The notes under the pieces: generated by a model
Database searches by the model: none
Seen by the model: only the letters and a program-made list of their open reading frames with translations
Told to the model about the DNA's origin: nothing
Translations under genes and position numbers: made by a program
Source: Lama guanicoe
Lineage: Eukaryota
Assembly: GCA_013239625.1 (NCBI GenBank)
Contig: MU053588.1
Location: 2,180,508-2,244,507, forward strand
Direction: 5' to 3'
DNA: 64,000 nt
Shown: positions 61,491 to 64,000 of the stretch, in pieces
How the letters are laid out: every line of letters begins with the position of its first letter
Position numbering within the stretch: the first letter of the stretch is position 1

Positions 61491-61686
61491 ATTGGCTGGA
61501 CCATATGTGGAGGGCCAGGCCCCCCTTCTGCCTGCAGTGAGCCCGGACTGGCAGGCTCACTGCGCAGACTCCCTGCTGCAGTGGGCGGAGCCCCCTCGGG
61601 CCCCGTCCCCTCCTCCCTCCCGCCCCTGCTCAGCCTGTTGGGGCAGAAGCTGGGGCCCCGTGGAGGTAGCAGCTGCCGCCTGCCGA
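61491..61686 (+). other. PLD3: PLD3 5' UTR exon and/or internal promoter
   Basis: GC-rich pocket with candidate acceptors (AG at 61489-61490 and 61536-61537) and a CCGA|GTAAGG donor at 61687; ATTGG and GGGCGG motifs. Confidence 0.6.
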
Positions 61687-62323
61687 GTAAGGCCGATGCC
61701 CCTTTGGGGTAGGGTAAGGGAGGATGACTGGGGGATGGGCTGAGGGCTGGCGCGGAGGCCCCGATGATCCTGGGCTCCTGGCCTGAGCTATCTGGTGGGC
61801 ACCTGAGGGTAGAGGCAGAGGAGCCACCTGGAAAATGACTTCTGAGTAATCCCAGGGCTGGAAAAAGCCAGGCACAAAGATTTGGGATTCTGCTGACCCA
61901 ATCCGGAGCTGTCACTTTGGAAATGTATAGGTTAGAGCTCAGAGAAGGGAAGGTGCTAATGGGGAGCAGTGTGGACTCTAATGAGGGGCAGGATGGGCGC
62001 ACTAAAGTAGGGCTAGGGGCGCACTGCAGAGGGAAGGGAGGAAAGCAGAGGGGTTGGACCTTGAGGAATTTCGAAATCTCTGCTGACCAGCAGTCAGCTT
62101 CCTCCTTTAGGGGTTACGGGCACAGTGCCAGTGGCCCCCGTGATCACAGACAAGGCGACCCAATGAGTGTTGTGAGCCCGAGATTGATCTGCTTTCTGTG
62201 ATGTCCCCTAAAAGCCTAGAACACCCCCACACATTGCCAGCTTTTGTTCCCCCCACAGTTTGGAGACTCTGACACACCCACTTTCCCACCTGGGCTCTGC
62301 GAATCCTCTAGCTGCCTGGCAAG

Positions 62324-62350
62324 ATGAAGCCTAAACTGATGTACCAGGAG
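62324..62350 (+). CDS. PLD3: PLD3 coding exon 1 (MKPKLMYQE); exon starts at 62259
   Basis: ccccacAG acceptor at 62257-62258; AAG-ATG start; GAG|GTAGGT donor; PLD3 N-terminus recognised. Confidence 0.96.
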
Positions 62351-62449
62351 GTAGGTGGATGGGGGACCTCGGGGGAGGGGCTGGGCCCAGTGGAGGGAGG
62401 GGGTCTTGCTGAACTGCCCTGTCACCCCCCTACCATCCTGATCCCCCAG

Positions 62450-62524
62450 CTGAAGGTGCCTGCCGAGGAGCCCGCCAACGAACTTCCCATGAATGAGATC
62501 GAGGCTTGGAAGGCTGCAGAGAAG
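62450..62524 (+). CDS. PLD3: PLD3 coding exon 2 ([25 protein letters not shown])
   Basis: 75 nt, AG/GT boundaries, phase 0. Confidence 0.96.
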
Positions 62525-62612
62525 GTAGGAGCCCTCTGCCACCCTCACTCTGTCTCAGACATGGGCTGGGCTGCCCGCCTTGGGCTGGCTGATCACCTTC
62601 TCCTCCCCACAG

Positions 62613-62755
62613 AAAGCCCGTTGGGTCCTGCTGGTCCTCATCCTGGCAGTTGTGGGCTTTGGTGCCCTGATGACTCAGCTGTTTCTATGGGAATACGGCG
62701 ACTTGCATCTCTTCGGGCCCAATCAGCGCCCAGCCCCTTGCTATGACCCTTGCGA
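62613..62755 (+). CDS. PLD3: PLD3 coding exon 3 with type II transmembrane helix ([26 protein letters not shown]...CYDPC)
   Basis: 143 nt, ccccacAG / GTAAGT boundaries; hydrophobic helix. Confidence 0.96.
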
Positions 62756-63220
62756 GTAAGTGGCAGCAGAGGGTGGGAGCAGGGAGCCTCGAATGGTGGG
62801 GGGAGGGGCACTGCCAAACTGAGGACCTGTCAACATGCAATAAGCAGGGCCTGCACCCAGTAGTCGAGACAGAGTGAGGAGATCGCAGCCTTCCAAGTAG
62901 ACCATCATCACAGGTTCTTCCCTCCATGCTCACCCGCTTCCCCCACACTGTTGCCATGGCAGCCACAGCATCATCTTTTGTCAGTGAACAGAAAGGCACA
63001 CACAGACACACATGGTATCTTCCATCCACATCTGTGGACACATATGCACACACATGGACATCCACATATGCACTTCTGAAAAGACAAAGACACAGACATG
63101 CAGAGAATCTTGAGTATAGGCACACACAAATATACACAGTCTTCCATACTCCCTGGGGAGACAAGTGAGCACTCACATTCCAGCCCCCTATGGCTGATTC
63201 TGCCTCCCCCCACCCCCCAG

Positions 63221-63404
63221 AGCAGTGCTGGTGGAGAGCATTCCCGAGGGCCTAGACTTCCCCAATGCCTCCACGGGCAACCCATCCACCAGCCAGGCCT
63301 GGCTGGGCCTGCTCGCCGGTGCCCACAGCAGCCTGGACATCGCCTCCTTCTACTGGACCCTCACCAACAATGACACCCACACTCAGGAGCCCTCTGCCCA
63401 GCAG
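63221..63404 (+). CDS. PLD3: PLD3 coding exon 4 ([18 protein letters not shown]...[22 protein letters not shown]); lysosomal 5'-3' exonuclease, continues beyond the window
   Basis: 184 nt in phase; VESIP and IASFYWTL motifs of the PLD3/PLD4 family; N-glycan sequons at N97 and N132. Confidence 0.96.
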
Positions 63405-63724
63405 GTACCTGGCAACCTGGGCCCTGGCTGGCAGCAGGGGGTGGTGGGAGGCAATGGGGTGGGGGCAAAGGGGGTTCCCCTGAAGCTCAGGGGACAGGTG
63501 GGCATGTCTCACACAACAAGCTGGACACAGGTGTTTGGGAGCAACTGTCTTCACATGGCCCTCTGGATGGGGGTGTTTTGTCATGGTCATCTGGAGGCCT
63601 CTGAATGTCAGGGTGTGGGTTTGGTTACAAGGGATTAGGCTGACAGATATCACTTGCCCATAAGTCACCCCAGTCCTGTCGCTCAAAGAAATGGAAATAT
63701 GGAGTGAGTACCAGCCCAGTCTCA

Positions 63725-63912
63725 AGCCGGGCTGCCACTTCCCAGCTGTGTGACCTTGGGCAAGTCACCTCACCTCTCTGGCTTCAGTCTGCTCATCTGT
63801 AGAATGGGGCCAATACCTAGCACCCACCTCTTATAAGGATGAAATGAGCCAATCCCTGCAAATTATAGCACAGTGCCTGACAAAGCCAGCCCTTTATAAG
63901 CATTTGCTATTA
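63725..63912 (+). mobile_element. MIR SINE
   Basis: ccagctgtgtgaccttgggcaagtcacctcacctctctggcttcagt...catctgtagaatgggg core. Confidence 0.85.
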
Positions 63913-64000
63913 TAGCCTTGTTAGGGCCTGGAAACTTAAACATAATACTTCAGGATTTGAAAAGGAACAGCCTGGGTGGTTGGATAAGTCCTTCATTAAA

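Noticed and set aside
1..64000. Several hundred 60-230 aa ORFs in the six-frame track
   Set aside because: Expected by chance in GC-rich mammalian DNA with GTG/TTG starts allowed; only those overlapping AKT2, C19orf47, PLD3 exons or L1 ORF2 show recognisable protein sequence.
1..64000. CRISPR array, operon or prokaryotic defence system
   Set aside because: The sequence is spliceosomal mammalian DNA and no regularly spaced repeat-spacer array was seen.

Overview
Mammalian genomic DNA, probably a camelid (inferred from six copies of a tRNA-derived Vic-1-like SINE), syntenic with the human AKT2-C19orf47-PLD3 locus. The window holds: (1) the 5' end of AKT2 on the minus strand (CpG-island promoter, non-coding exon 1 at about 20785-20950, first coding exon 1804-1933); (2) a complete C19orf47 orthologue on the minus strand (8 coding exons, 1161-nt CDS, 386 aa, all GT-AG introns in phase); (3) the 5' half of PLD3 on the plus strand (4 coding exons, residues 1-143), sharing a bidirectional CpG-island promoter with C19orf47. 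The remainder is intronic or intergenic and rich in L1, L2, MIR, MLT1, MER20 and SINE copies. I see no new multi-gene system, and almost all ORF-track entries are chance ORFs. The best leads are: a possible translational control module in the AKT2 leader (two uORFs plus a hairpin covering the Kozak sequence); a repeated S/G-V-F/I-x-R-L-G motif in C19orf47; a 1.8-kb multiply inverted L1 mosaic bounded by one TSD; a young L1 with an 18-bp TSD and a possible 3' transduction; a TGTC(G/A)CC motif array with a CpG-decay gradient at the PLD3 island shore; and a 139-bp tandem duplication in the C19orf47 3' UTR. Repeat family names and human comparisons come from memory, not from database searches.
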